From Moniliella sp. 'wahieum' (lineage: Eukaryota), in assembly GCA_003971905.1 (NCBI GenBank), contig RSEE01000053.1, forward strand, positions 124,001 through 188,000: a stretch of 64,000 nt of DNA, written 5' to 3'. A program made the position numbers and the translations under genes. Below, piece after piece: positions 1 to 13,095 of this stretch. The notes under the pieces are model-generated. The model did no database searches. It was given only the letters and a program-made list of their open reading frames with translations, and had not been told where the DNA came from. The number at the start of each line of letters is the position of its first letter. The stretch's first letter is position 1.

Positions 1-24
1 TGCTAATCGATGCTGCACGAACAG

Positions 25-493
25 GTGCGGTCTGACGCCTCAGCTCAAGGAGTTGCAAGAACTGTATGACGCCTACCATGCTTCTGGGCTGGAGGTGATT
101 GGGTACCCCAGCAACCAATTCCGTTCCCAGAACCCGGAGAACGATGAGGACACAGACCTTTTGCCAGCTCAACTATGGTGTCCAGTTCCCCATGGTCAAC
201 AAAAGGTAAGCAACGTAGGCTAGCACCGTTGTTTGGTGCAACATGGGTACTGACAAGATCTCTTCAATTTAACACAGCGACGTGAACGGACCGGGTACGA
301 ACGAGGTGTTCAAGTATCTTAAGGAGCATGGCCATGGTGCGCTGGGCGAGTCGATCGCATGGAACTTTACCAAGTTCTTGGTGGATCGGAGGGCAATGTG
401 GTCCGGTATGCGCCTACCACGCAGCCGAGCTCGCTCAAATCGGAGATTGAGAAACTCCTTGCGCAACCCCCTCCCCCTGCGTCCCAAGTGTAG
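25..493 (+). CDS. Glutathione/thioredoxin peroxidase (Gpx3/Hyr1-like), 5' end outside the window
   Basis: Manual translation gives CGLTPQ...YPSNQF...FCQLNYGV...WNFTKFLVDR. Exon starts after an AG at 23-24, intron gtaagc..cag at ~206-278, stop TAG 491-493, 1-bp frameshifts present. Confidence 0.92.
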
Positions 494-1371
494 GGCCACT
501 TCCTGGAACCTGCCACATCTGCCGTTTGCAACGCTGTATTGATTCGCGATTCGTGCGCCGCGGTTCGCGTTCTTGCGTTAGCTACGGTAAGCAATACTTC
601 TCCATTTGGTGCAGTCAGGCTCGAAATGTAGCCACCCCCTGCATTTGAGTTACGAGGGATCGACGTACATCTTATGGATGGAGACCAAGCTGAGGCCTAG
701 TTGAGCCAAAGAGAAGAAGAAGAATTGAATGTGGGTATCGTCTGATGCCGGCGCTCGCAAGGGACGTTGATGAGAACCAATACGGGTATACCTGTTGCCG
801 TACACTCCTATATGGATGTTAAGATAGCTCATGTGAGCTGTTTTCGAGCCAACAGAAGTAGACCTACGCTGTTGGACGCACCACAACGGCAGATATGGAA
901 AAGGGAGCCCACTAATCGCCAGAGGAGGCAGGAATGCGGTGTGACTGGCGCAAAGTGTATCCTCTTCGCGCTTGCACCTCTTCAGGGCGATGCCACCGGT
1001 ATATGTATGACATGGGGGTTACGTTCTCGTGCATGCCGACTGCTGTCCCTGCGTGTTTAAAAGCGAGGTGAACAGCGGATGCGCAGACGCACCGAAGTTC
1101 TGAGTCTGAGTGCACCGGCTAATGACCCATTGAAATATGAAATGTGTGACTGAGCCAGTGCACATGCCCATACTGCCACACTGGAAGGTCCGACGCAGGA
1201 TGGGAGATGTGAGAGTAATCCCACAGCCCTTACCACGACCTTCGCGCGCTCGAGCCTCATCTCCTGCGAGCTCCTCCTCTTGCCTCGCCGTTCCTCTTCC
1301 GTTGGTCGGTGACACCCTAACCGCAGTTTTCTGGTTCGCCCCCCCCCCCCCCTCCCCCCTAGGAGCTCGTC

Positions 1372-2334
1372 ATGGGTTCGTACTTTTCCAAGCCCGAGTC
1401 GAGCGAAGTGGCGGTGGCGGAAGAGGACGAAGTACTCCACTCCCCGGCGTGGGGGGACCCGTCCCCTGAGGATCCCTATGTCTTACCGACACCAACTTCC
1501 CCGACTTTCCTTGGTGGCTGGGCTTGGCATTGCCGCTACGGCTGGCCTGTTCACAGGGCTCAGCCGTTCTGGACGTCTGGCCTCGCGGATTTTTCTGGCG
1601 GAAAATACCCATCGGGCACCGACGACGTATCACGGCTGGTACTTCTACAACAAGACCAAGAACTACCATGTTATCAAGATGGCGGTCAGTGGGGGCATCA
1701 AGCGCAGTTTCATCTACACCTCTGTCGTCGCTACGTTCCTCCTGACCGATGTGGCGGCAGGCACGATCCGGACCTGGGCCCAAGCCCGTTTCGCGCATGC
1801 CTCTTCGCCAACACAATCTAACGGGCCGCTTGCCAGCTACGGCAACACAGGACATAACATCGCTCGGCGTCGCTATCCATGCACGCGGAGCGAGCCGACT
1901 CGGACCCCCCAGCGCCACCTCAATGGCGGGACGGCAGGGATGTGGATGCGCACATGGACGTTGATATCATTCGCCCTAGCTACGACACCGACCAAGATAT
2001 CGCGCTCTTGTCATCTTCCGGTTTGCACCCGCTCCCGACCCCTTCCTTCCCCCCCCTGGTGGTCTCGCGCCGCTGCGATGGAGCGAGGCCAGTCGCCCTG
2101 GCGCGTGGTGGACGGGTTGATTGCTGGGGGCTTGACGACCTTGGTGCTGGGCTACTCGGCCCGCTTGGGACCGGCATCGTTGCGGCGAACAACCAAGATG
2201 GGCATTTTGGTCGGTGGGGTGTATGGCTTGACCGGGTGCTCAACAACATCGTGACGAGCTGCTGCGGCTGTTGTCCCCAAGCGAGGAGGCGGCTCAGCCG
2301 CAATGAGCATCAATCACAGCTGGAGGCACCATAA
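1372..2334 (+). CDS. Conserved fungal hypothetical membrane protein (AENxHRxPTT..GWYFYxKTKNY family), possibly mitochondrial
   Basis: Motif FLAENTHRAPTTYHGWYFYNKTKNY with flanking Gly-rich hydrophobic segments in ORF 1478-2254. The gene spans several frames and its ends are approximate. Confidence 0.65.
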
Positions 2335-2542
2335 TACTTTCGAGTCCTGTTGTGGCTATGTATTCTCTAAGCACCACCTCCAGTTGCATAGTAGACACCT
2401 GGCGCTGGAAGGGGGAGATCCACCGGGATATTGATGCTTCTTCGTGCGCTCAAAGTAGCTGGATGGGCGCGGGTAGCAGCAGTAGCAGTAGTGGCAGAAG
2501 CAGTGGAGATGGCAATCGATATTCGAAGCAGCGAAGTGCTCG

Positions 2543-2731
2543 GTCACGTGCCCCCCCTTCGCGCCACCGGCATCCCAGGAAGGCACGGTATCACGTGATC
2601 TTCCGTTTTCAGTCACGTGCATCGCGCTTGGTGGGGCGCGAGCGACGAGTCTGGGCTGGACAGGACAAACTCCACAGTCGCCGCTGCCTGCGGGCAGGCC
2701 TTTTCGACCACCGCCTCGTTTTCCCACGCGT
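2543..2731. promoter_or_regulatory. Three RTCACGTG (Cbf1-type E-box) motifs plus an MCB-like ACGCGT upstream of the condensin gene
   Basis: GTCACGTG 2543-2550, ATCACGTG 2590-2597, GTCACGTG 2612-2619, ACGCGT 2726-2731. Confidence 0.45.
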
Positions 2732-2750
2732 CTGGTGCTCCCCCTCGCCC

Positions 2751-5373
2751 ATGAGCGCCATACCACCGCTCGCCCCACCGCCGCCGCGCCCTCGGGCACA
2801 CCGACACCAACGCTACGCACCATACGCGTCCTGGTTCGTCGCATCCCGCTCCCCACCTCCCCATTTGCGTCCATCAACACTGACTATGTACGCCGTTCAC
2901 GCAGGCTCTAAGCCCGGCAAACCCGCCCCCGTGCCTCGACTGGCGTTGCCCGCCGCCCCCGCCTGTCAGCGATCGATCCCCCGGCTACGGGAAGATCTGC
3001 TGGTGCAGGTGGAGCTGATGGGCGCGCCAGTGGCTCCTCGGGGCCCATCCGGGTGGACAGCACCTCGTTCGAGGAGTGGATGAAGCTGGCGACCGACAAT
3101 AAGATCAATGCGTCCAACACGTGGAACTTTGCGTTGATCGACTACTTTCACGACATGAGCCTCCTCCGTTCCGACTCGGGCGATGGCAGCATCAATTTTC
3201 AAAAGGCGTCTTGCACGCTGGATGGATGTGTCAAAGTCTGGACGTCGCGTTGACTCGGTGGTGGAAACGGGTCGGTTGCTGCACGGTCTCCAGGACGAAG
3301 CGAGCAGCACGCGTGCCAACCCCCATGCGGACGACGAGGATGGGGAGGAAGACGCCGTGGGCGAAGATGGCGAGCCTCTGACGGGCAAACGCAAGCGCAA
3401 GACCACCAAGGAAAGCACGTTGGTCAAGGATTTCCACCAGATCGCTCTCAAGGGCTTTGACCTCGAGTTTTCGGTTGACCCACTGTTCAAGAAGACAAGC
3501 GCCGACTTTGACGAGGGTGGTGCTGGTGGTCTGTTGATGAACCATCTTGGTGTCGACTCCCACATGCGCATCGTTTTTGATGCCGGGGATGCTCCCGGTG
3601 TGCCGGAAGATCATGCGGGCTCCCAGTCGGAAACGACCAACCCTGCCGAAAGTGCCCATCCGACCCGTCCGATGCGGACCCAGGCGCATCAGCTCCCTTA
3701 ACGCATGCGACTGTGGCAGTGGAGCAGCTGGACATGGCCAAACTGGCATCCAAGCTGCTGGGAACCGATCTGGTCCCCTCGTCGGGGGAGATGAACGAAG
3801 CCCTGACGGATCTTTTGGGACCTCAGGCCATCTGCCCTACGTTTGCCCCCTTTCGCTTCGCTGCGAATGACACCACGTTGTTTGAGGACTTGGCCGATGC
3901 GCCTGCGTCGAGTGCCGGGTGGGAGTCGATGCCTTCGTCGTCGGCTCCGGCTTGGGGCCCATCGCTCAACTCGACGTGGGCGGACGATGAAATGCCAGCG
4001 CTGGAAGATGGGCCAGAGATGGATGGGGATGCGGATCTGTTCCAAGATGCGGCTCTGGCCGAGGTGGGCGCTCCGGGGCTGTCTCACTTGGATTCGGATG
4101 ACCTGGATGCCGGGCTGGCCGGGGAAGGTCTCGGCTCGATGGGTTTGATCCTGTTGCGGGCGAGCGGACTTCGTCGGCCGTGCAGCGGGGCGGCCAAGAC
4201 ATCTTTGTTGCCTTGGGTGATTTCCGATTGGACAATGGGCCTGGGACCGAGGGGGATGGGGATGCATTTTCGACCTGTTTGATGCGCAGCTGACGAAGAA
4301 CTGGGCCGGCCCGGAGCACTGGAAGATGCGTCGGCTGCTCGGTGGAGGCGACAAGGACAAGGCAGCTAAAGACAAGGCCAACGAGGCCGGTCCAAGCAAG
4401 CGCACCAAGAACAGCCATTGGTGATCGACTTTGACGATCCTGAAGGCGAGGTGGATGCCAAAACGCTCTTTGCCCCCCCCCCTCGCGCACAGGCGCTGGG
4501 GGGATCACCCTTCCGCGTCCCCGCAAGAACCAGGGACAAAGTGCCAGTCAATTCCTTTGCCGCCTGACACGCATTTCAACTCTCGCCAACTCCTACGTCT
4601 GTTTACCAAACCACGCATGCTGCTCAATGTGCGCCGCCGTGGTGCTCGGGTGGAGGCGCCGAGATGATGGCGGATGAGACGACTGGCGTACCACTCGGAG
4701 CAGAACAGAGATGGGGGAGACGTTTTGGGCGGATGCGCAGGCGGCACGGGATGAGGCAGGGAACTTGGACTTTGACACGGGCGCCGGCGGGACGAGGGAC
4801 CGTTGCCATTTGGTGACAATGGCTTTGACGACCTGGACGACATGCCTGCGCTGGATGAGGGCTTTGAGCGACCAGTGTCCTTTGGTTCGGCCAAGGAGGA
4901 AGATTGGGACGAGGCTCAGCTGGCGCGAGATCGGCAAGCGCGCTTGCCGGCTGTGACGGTTAATTACGCCAAGAAAGCCAAGCGGATTGATGTGCGCCAG
5001 CTCAAGGAGAACATTTGGCGTGGGTTGGAAATCAAGGGCGCCAGTGCGGCCGAGGCGGCAGGGGACTCGGATCCGACGTCGGACGAGGCAGAGCAAGAGC
5101 CGGCAACGCCTCCCAAGGAGCCCAAGGTGATGGATACGATCCTCAACGGCCTCAAGGACCGGTACGGCAAGGAGCAGCTGGAGGAGATCTCGACGTCGTT
5201 CTGCTTCATCTGTCTCCTGCACCTGGCCAACGAAGAGGGGCTGTCGGTGAACCACGCGATTGTGGTGGACGACGATGAGGAAGGGGCGCCGGGGGACGGA
5301 CGGAGAGGGGTTTGTGGGGGCGCTGGACCAGCTCCAGGTGGCGCGCGACCCGACGGCTGGGCGGGGGGCATAG
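2751..5373 (+). CDS. BRN1: Condensin kleisin subunit (Brn1/Cnd2/barren)
   Basis: FEEWMKLATDNKINASNTWNFALIDYFHDM, NFQKASCTLDGCVKVWTSRVDSV, VDPLFKKTSADFDEGGAGGLLMNHL, NWAGPEHWK, YAKKAKRIDVRQLKENIW, FCFICLLHLANEEGL. Several frameshifts, stop TAG 5371-5373, start uncertain. Confidence 0.96.
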
Positions 5374-5589
5374 CGAGGGGCGGCGTGGCTGGTGGGCCGA
5401 AGAATGTGTTTGCTTCCGTGGCGTGGGTGTGGCAGTGGGCAGGCGGGCGGGGGTGCGGTAGATGGGGTGATGGGCGTTCTGGCAGCGGGGCGTAAGCAGC
5501 GGGGTAAACGGCAGGCCGCCCGACGGCGGATCGAGCGGATGGGCTGCACGGAGGGATGGGTGACAGGCGGTCGGTGATTGTTCTGAGAT

Positions 5590-5698
5590 GCGCGTCGGTC
5601 GCGTCATGCGTCAGGCTCCGCTCATGCGTCATGCGTCACGCCCACACGCGTAGCCGCTGTTAATTAGCAGCGGCTGGAGCAGTGCGTTGAACGTTCAA
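5590..5698. promoter_or_regulatory. Cluster of YGCGTC/ACGCGT (MCB-like) motifs and two palindromes upstream of the APSES gene
   Basis: cgcgtc, cgcgtca, tgcgtca x3, acgcgt (5646). Hairpin agccgctg-N8-cagcggct 5652-5675 and ttgaacgttcaa 5687-5698. Confidence 0.4.
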
Positions 5699-5966
5699 GT
5701 CGTGCTTGCGCTGCGTCTCGAGTGGGCTGCCGCCTCGCCTGCCCGTCGGCATGCTTCCCAACGCCATCGCCATCGCCCTCGCCCTCGCCATCGCCATCGC
5801 CATCGGCCCCGCCATCCGCTCTGCCCGCCGCCCCGCCGCCCCTCCATCCTCCTTTCTCTCTATCTTCATCCACACCGCCATCTCCTTCCCCCTCTCCCCT
5901 GCCGCCCTCGCCCCTTGTCGCGCTATCCTTCGCCCTCCCCCCCCCGCCGCCGCCCGTCGCGTCCCC

Positions 5967-8900
5967 ATGGCCGCTGCCGGCTCACCCTCGGCCCCTGTCC
6001 CCGGCGGCACGCCTTCCAGCAGTGCCCCGCCATACCCGCTGCCCCAGTACCCCCCCCGCCCCACCGACCCGCAAGCACCCACGGGCCTGCCGCCCCATGC
6101 CCATGGCGTACCCTGGCGCCTACCCCCACCCCGCTCCTCTCCTCATGCCCTACCCCCCCCCCTCCTCCATCCCACAGGCGGCAAGCCTGCTCCTGCGCTC
6201 CCTCACCGCGCATATCCCAGTGGGAACATGCCTCCTCCCGTGCCGGAACGCGGCGCGCCGGGACCACCGGGCTCGCTTCACGTGCCACCACCGGGCCCGG
6301 CGCATCTACCCAGCCCGCGCGCATTTACCTCGCGACTTACTCTGGTGTGCCTGTGTACGAGATGACGGTGCGTGGGATTGCGTGCATGCGTCGGAGGGGG
6401 ACGGGTACTTGAATGCGACCCAAATCCTCAAGGTTGCAGGCATTGACAAGACGCGGCGGACCAAGATTCTGGACCGGGAGATCTTGGTGGGCGAACATGA
6501 GAAAGTGCAAGGTGGGTACGGCAAGTACCAGGGTACCTGGATTCCCCTGGGCCGTGCCCACCAGTTGGCCGCCAAGTACTCTGTTGCCCATCTGCTCAGC
6601 CGTTGCTCGAGTTTGATCCGGCCACAGAGGCGGCCTTGACTCTCGCCCCCAAGGACAAACGACCCAACCCCAATGCCCCTTCCCAGCAGAGCGTCAACCG
6701 GATGATGGCCTATCTGCAGCCTCCACCAACCAATGGACCTCTTCTTCCACCGTCAGACAATCGTACGATGCCCCCTTTCCCCCCACCTTTAACAACGCCA
6801 CTTCATTGCCGCCATCCCACCCGGCCCCGCAGGCAGCATTGGGTTCCCCCTTCCCCCCTCCTCCACCGGCGTTTGCCCATGCCGAACCAGGTCACAGTGC
6901 AGCGTCGATTCAAGCCCCCCCTTCCTTCCTCTTGGCCCTGACGAAGCGGAAGGGGCAAACAAGCGGCCGCGAATGGACTCTTTGCATCAGGGCGCCGATT
7001 CCGTGCCGTTGTCCTCACCCCCAGCGCCATCCTCCGCCTCCGCCTCAGCTCCAGCCCAAGCTCCATCCCCAGCTCCAGCTTTGCCTCTCCCCCCTTCCAC
7101 ACGTACGTCTGGCCTCGAGGCGACGGCAGAAGCGGCGAGCCTGTTGTCGAGTCTGGAACCGGTGCGCGACTTGAATACGCTAGGTCCTGAGGGGGTTGGT
7201 ACAAGCTGCTGCGCTTGCCTCGACCGATGGTCATGCCACCAACGTTCTTCGGGTGGGAAAGAGTGCGCGTATGATCCTTGGCCCTCCCGAGAACTTGGCG
7301 CGGGACACCTCGGCACGCTTTGCCGATCGTCCGCAGGCGTTTCATGCGACGGGGGCCAATGAGCAACAAGAGCGTGCGCTCAAGGAAATGTTGACCACCC
7401 TCTTTCTCGATACGGGGCCCAATGCCGAGAGCACACGCCATGGCACGCCCGCGATGCAATTGCAAGCATTGTTGGCGCGTATGACCGCTGCTCTGTCCTC
7501 CGCGTCTGGCCCCGAGGTGGCCCCGGCAGTCAGCGTCAATTGTCATTGACGATCACGGCCATACGCCGCTGCACTGGGCATCGGCGTTGGGTCAACTTGC
7601 CCTGGTCCAGATGCTTACCGCCCTCCCGCCTGACCAAGGCGGCAGCAACATCCAAGCTGGCAATTTTGCCGGCGAAACGGCGTTGCATCGGGCGTGTATT
7701 GGTAACAAACGGGTACGAGGCAGCTACGTTTCCTCAATTGCTTCGGATCTTGCGCGATTCGATCTTTACTCGCGACTATAAACGCCGTACCATCCTGCAC
7801 CACATTGCTATGGTCGCCGCACTTCGAGGTCGCAGTGCATCGGCACGGTATTACCTTGCGACCGTGTTGGATCTGCTGTTCCCCCGCGCGCGGTACGGCA
7901 GGGGATGGTACGGGGGACAAGGCCACCGAGCCCGTGGTACCACTGCAGGCGGCCTGCGCGCTGCGGACGCGCAAACGACGATGGTGAAACGGCGTTGGGG
8001 ATCGTAGCGCGGATTGGGAATGGGAGCATGGTCGTCTCTTGTTGGCCTGTGGCGCAAGGAGAGACATGCCCAACCACCTTGGCATCCGTCCTGCTGACTG
8101 GGGGTTGGACACCATAGCTTCTCCAGTCGCACGCGAGGCCGAGGCGAGGCAAGCGTCTGCGACTGTAAAGGATGTGGTGGCGTCGTTGGCGCCGCCCCCC
8201 AAGCCACCGCTGGCAAAGAGCAGCGATTTGCTTCAAGGTATGTGCTCGTTTCCCCCCTTGTCTTGCTTTTTTTTCTGTGGCCTCTTGGCAGCAGCACCAT
8301 GCTAATTACGTTTGCATTTTTGCGGGGTGGGGGGGCAGACATGACCAGCGCGCTGGAGGAGATGGAGCGTATGCACCAGGCCGAGCGGACGAGCAAAGAG
8401 ACGGCCGTCGCGGCGGCGCAGACAGCGTTGCAACGTGCCACGCCGACTTGGCCGCCCAACGGCGGCAGCTGGCACAAGCGCAGCAAAGGGATGCACAAAT
8501 GGACGAAGCGCGGCACATGCGTGCGCATGTGGACCGGGTGGTAGAAGAGTTGACGACGCAAGTGCCTCCGTTGGACGAAGAAGCCAAAGCGGAATGGGCT
8601 TTGTTGGAAGAGCAACGTGCTAAGACAGGCGACGGGTGGGACGAGGTGATGGCGCCGGTTGTGTCGGTCGAAGTGAATGAACAAGAAAAGCAAGATGAGT
8701 TGGTTCGGTTACGCTGGTTGGACCATGCGCTTACCCACCAAACGTCGCTTTGGACCGCCCGTGCCGCCCAAGCCACCCGAAGCGGCACTCAGCGGGAAGC
8801 CAAGTGCCGAAGAGTCGTCGCACTCTGCTGCAACGTAGAGGAAGAAAAAGTGGAGGAGATGTTGGACGAACTGGTGGTCGCCGTCGAATCGGATGGGCCG

Positions 8901-9120
8901 GCACTGGACTTGACGCGAGTAGCTGGCATGATGGGGGTGGTGCAGCCAACCACTTCGCTGGGCCCCTCGGCCCCGGCGACGCAAACGCAAGCGCAAGCCC
9001 CAACACAAGCGCAAGCACAAGAACCAGCACAAGCACAAGTACCCCGCCGGCCTCGACAATGGTGCAGCACCCCTTTCTCCCTCTGCTGCCTCTCCTGCAC
9101 CTGCGAAACAAGCGACGTGA
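5967..9120 (+). CDS. APSES/KilA-N + ankyrin transcription factor (Mbp1/Swi4/Res1-Res2 family)
   Basis: IYLATYSGVPVYEM, YLNATQILKVAGIDKTRRTKILDREI, HEKVQGGYGKYQGTWIPL, ankyrin DDHGHTPLHWASALG and GETALHRA, C-terminal KCRRVVALCC..MLDELVVAVESDG. Probable intron ~8238-8338, frameshifts. Confidence 0.93.
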
Positions 9121-10648
9121 TTGTAGGGTTCTCGCTCGCTTCTTCCTATTCCCTTTTTGGGTGTCTTTGTGTTTTTGTCTTTTGCATTTGCCCTGTCTTG
9201 CTGCCGGATCGGCTGTTGCAGTTTTCCCTGCCGCCGCAGCCCTGTCGTGAGCCCCACCGAGCTTAGCCCCTTGAAGCTCCTTTGAGCACCTTGTGGGAGT
9301 GCATGGCTGCTCCACGGTCAGGGTGGGCGAGATGGATTTCAATGGAGACGGTTGTGGCCAGACGAATGTGCGCGAGTTAAGAAAGAGAGTGGTGGGAGAG
9401 GGATGGAGGGGGAGAGATTGTCACATCAGTGGCAGGCGACCAGGCAGCAAGCACAAAGCGACATTCGTGATAGTGATACTGCGGAGGGACCGTTTGCGTC
9501 GATCTCTATGCCATGTCCAGCCAAGGTCCAGCCAAGGCACTGGCGAGGCATGGGGTTCAAGAGGTAAGGAAGGACGTTGCGTCAAGACCAACTATACATG
9601 ACGCGATGACGTGGACGACGGACCTGATGAAGGGTTGCCGATTGTATCTCATCGTGCCCCGTACTAGTGCGTACCAGGGCCGCCAAGTCGAGCGCTGACA
9701 CGCACAGTCACCATGGTTACGTCTAGTGAGGACGAGGGACGCGAAGTGCGAAGTGCGAAGTGCGAAGCGAGACACGAGGTGGGAGCAGTGAGGTAGGGCT
9801 ACAGAGGATAGGATCATCCAACATCGAAATACCGAACACCGACATCGAACATCGAACATGGGGCCGAAGGGCGAATGCATGAGTTGTGGTTATACCGGTT
9901 ATAGGTCCAGGAGAGCTCAGGAACAGGGAGGGGTTAGGGGGCGGGGGAGGTGTGCAAAGTATGCAAACACAATGCAACAGCATACAAAACGGTGGGTTGA
10001 AGAGTTGAAGGGTTAATGGTTAAAGGGTGTGAAGGGGTGAAGGGGAGGGCAGGCAGGGCCAGAAAGCCAATGCGCCAGAGAGCCCGCAAACGCGCTGCGG
10101 CGCTCAAGCATGGATTGGATCGTATCGGTGGGCACGCTAATCACTGAGCGATGCGTCACCTGTACCCGACTCGACTCGGCTCGACGTCGCATGATGCATC
10201 ACGCATCACGTCCCTGGCCCTGTCCCGCGCAGCACAGCTGCCGGGACAGAGCGAGAGCGTTGGTGCCTCTTGAGCGCCGCGATCGCCTCCACCGGCACAG
10301 CAGGAAGCGGGTGCAATTTCGGGGAGCACAGGTCGGACGAGGAGGGATGTGGGGAGCTGACGAGGGAGGAGGAAAGGAAGCCAGTCGCGCGCGTCTCCGC
10401 GCTGGGGCAGAGGGAAAGAAGTGGTGAGAGGGAGACGAGGTGTGCGCGGGGGCGGTGACGGGGGCAGGGGCGGGGGCGAACGAAGTGGCTGGGGAAGGAG
10501 GTGAGGGTGTGGGTGGCGCGGTGCGTGCGCATCGCCAGTGGCGGGCGGCACAGCTGGTACAGGCGCTGGCCAATAGGGCACGCCAACCCACCCAGGCAGA
10601 GAAGTGTAAGGGTAAGAAGGAGACACGTGGGGTGCCATCCACCATGCT

Positions 10649-13095
10649 TCAGGTCCGCCGACGCTTGCCCCCCGCCCGCACGCCCGTGATTCCAAGTCCC
10701 ATCGCAGCCCCCAAAGTCTGCCCCTGGCCCGGGGGCGGCAGAACCGGGGCAGAGGGAAAATAAGGCAGCTGGCTGGAATGCGCACGAACATGCTTTGTCC
10801 CGCCCATCCCACCGCGAGGGGGGGGACTAAAGGAGGAACCGTACGTGTAACGGCGGCAGGCCGACCCCTGCTGTCCAGGTTGGGGTAAAGATGGGGCAGT
10901 AGGCGACAAGGTCGAGCTCGACACGCCTTCCTTGGCCTTGGTGTTCAAGCCATCAGGGTAGGTCCTTGGGACAGAAGAGGCGTCGAGGCAGATGCCGATG
11001 TGGACGCCGACAAGGTGGAGGAAAAATCGGGCGAGACCGCAGGCAGATCGAGCGCATCGTGATCGTGGCCTACCACTTCGGGCGCACGGAGCGGCACCGG
11101 GAGCGACACGCTCGGCAAGGCGCCCAGTTCCGCCTCCACATCTTGCAACAAATCCAGGTCGATCGACGGCTTGCATTCGTTCCAATCTTCCCTTTCATCT
11201 GACCGACGACCACGCAGGTGCCAGGCGGAGCCGGACGTTGTCCGCGCATGACCCGATCCCCGCCTTTCCATCGCGACCGCCGCACGCTTCTTGAGCCGTG
11301 ACACGGTTTCTCTCGCCTGGGTACTGAGTACCATCGGGTCCGACGTCTCCTCCTCGGTCCAATCCGGGAGCGTCGAGGTGACACCGCGGCCTCCTCCTCC
11401 ATCTCGCCCATCTCGTCCTCCAGTCCAAACCCGGCGCCTAGTCGCGTCCATCGCCGTTGGTCCGCTAGCCAAGACGGATCTTCGGCGGCAGCACTCACCC
11501 CAATGACCTCGGCAGGAAGACGGAAGCGGACATATTTGCCCTCTCTTATTGGCTGGACAGTGACGTCACCATCGTGCCGTCCAACATGGAGTGATCGGGA
11601 AGGACGACTGCAGGGGTTGGGCCGGAGGCAGTAAGGGCAAATGCCAGCTCGGGATCTTCAGCCAGACGATCGAGCATGGGCGTTGGGGTGGGAGATGTGC
11701 CATGGGGTGCAAGGCGCGGAGAATCGAAGGGCGAGACGAGGCCAAGGGCAGGGGCCATATGCGAGGGAAGAGGGGAAGCAAGTGGGGAAGAAGCTCTTGG
11801 TGTGCCGTGGAACGGTTCGGGGCGGAGACCAGTATCGGACTCGGTATCGGATGTGAGGGAAGCTGAATCAGATCGGTCGCTCGAGGAAGGAGGTGCTCCC
11901 AGAGCAACTTCTACCGAGCGCAATGCCTCATTTGCATCCACTGGCCCGCGTGCAGATATAGAAAGACGAACGCTCTGCGCGTGCCGGCGCCTCCGCTGGG
12001 GGAGTGGGCCGGGGAAAGATCGAGGGCATAAGGTCATACCGGTTGACACTGCAGGGAAAGAGTAGGCGAGCGACGATGCGATGATGGTGCGGGCGACAGT
12101 GAGGGCTCAGCGATCGTCGACTGGATAGCTCGGGCGATGGGTGGGGAGACAAGCCCAGGCCAGCTGGACTGAGTTGGGCGGTGTTGATTGGGGACAGTGC
12201 CGGCGAGACAGAGGCAGCTTGCTGTGGCCGCCTGGCCGACGGGGACGTGGAGGGGGAGCGGCCAAAAGAGAACTGAGCCAAACGGGACCGTTCGGCAACT
12301 GTACCACGTATTGGGCTCTGCTCAGGCCCGCCTTGTCGGGCAGACAAAGAAGACGCCCAGGTCGTCATCTGCCTGAGAATGAGAAGACGGTGTCAGTGAC
12401 ATATGCGAAGAAGAAGAGGGGAGGACACACCTCGGGTGCTTGGCGTGGAAAGGTCCAGCCGGTGAGGCCGACCGGGCGGGTAGGTGTAGGGGCGGTGACT
12501 GTAGGAAGGGCTGGTGGAGGAGGAGCAGAGACCGGGGCTGGGGTAGGCAGCCGATGCGATGCAGGTGGCATGGCGCGCCCGAGAGGCGGGGACGAGGGGG
12601 CGGAGGGAAGAGAGAGGGAAGGGGAGGGGGCAGGGGGCACAAGTGCGACGGGAGATGGTGGGCGGGGCTGGGAGGATGTGGCGGAATTGGAGGGGGCAGG
12701 GGAAATACAATGGCGGAGCGGGAGTGGGAGCGGGAGTGGGAGCGGCGATGGGGGTGGGGCGGGGGCGGGGAGAGACGCAGACGCAGATGCAGGCATGCTA
12801 GGCACCTCCAGTACGCGGGAGACGGGGAGGGCAAGGGGACGCAAGGCAGCCGCCGAGACGGAGGGGCGGAGGAGGCGAGGGAGGTGAGGGCGCCAGGGCT
12901 CAGAGTGTGGGCGCGGCGGTGGGCATCGAGGCGGGCGGCAGGAGAGGCGGGGAGGGAGGCGGGGGGGCGGAGGCGGGGGGGAGGCGGGGGGGGGGAGGCG
13001 GGGGGGGCAGAGGCGGAGGCGGTGTGGATGTGTCGCGGCCGGCGGGGACGCGGGCCGAGCGATGGCGGGGCAGAGGGCAGGACCTGGGTCGACAT
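10649..13095 (-). CDS. Hypothetical Ser/Pro-rich protein
   Basis: Chain of overlapping minus-strand ORFs from MSTQVLPSAPP to ..GGKRRRT*, with a probable intron ~12372-12430 (gtgtgt..ctgac..cag). No domain recognised. Confidence 0.5.
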
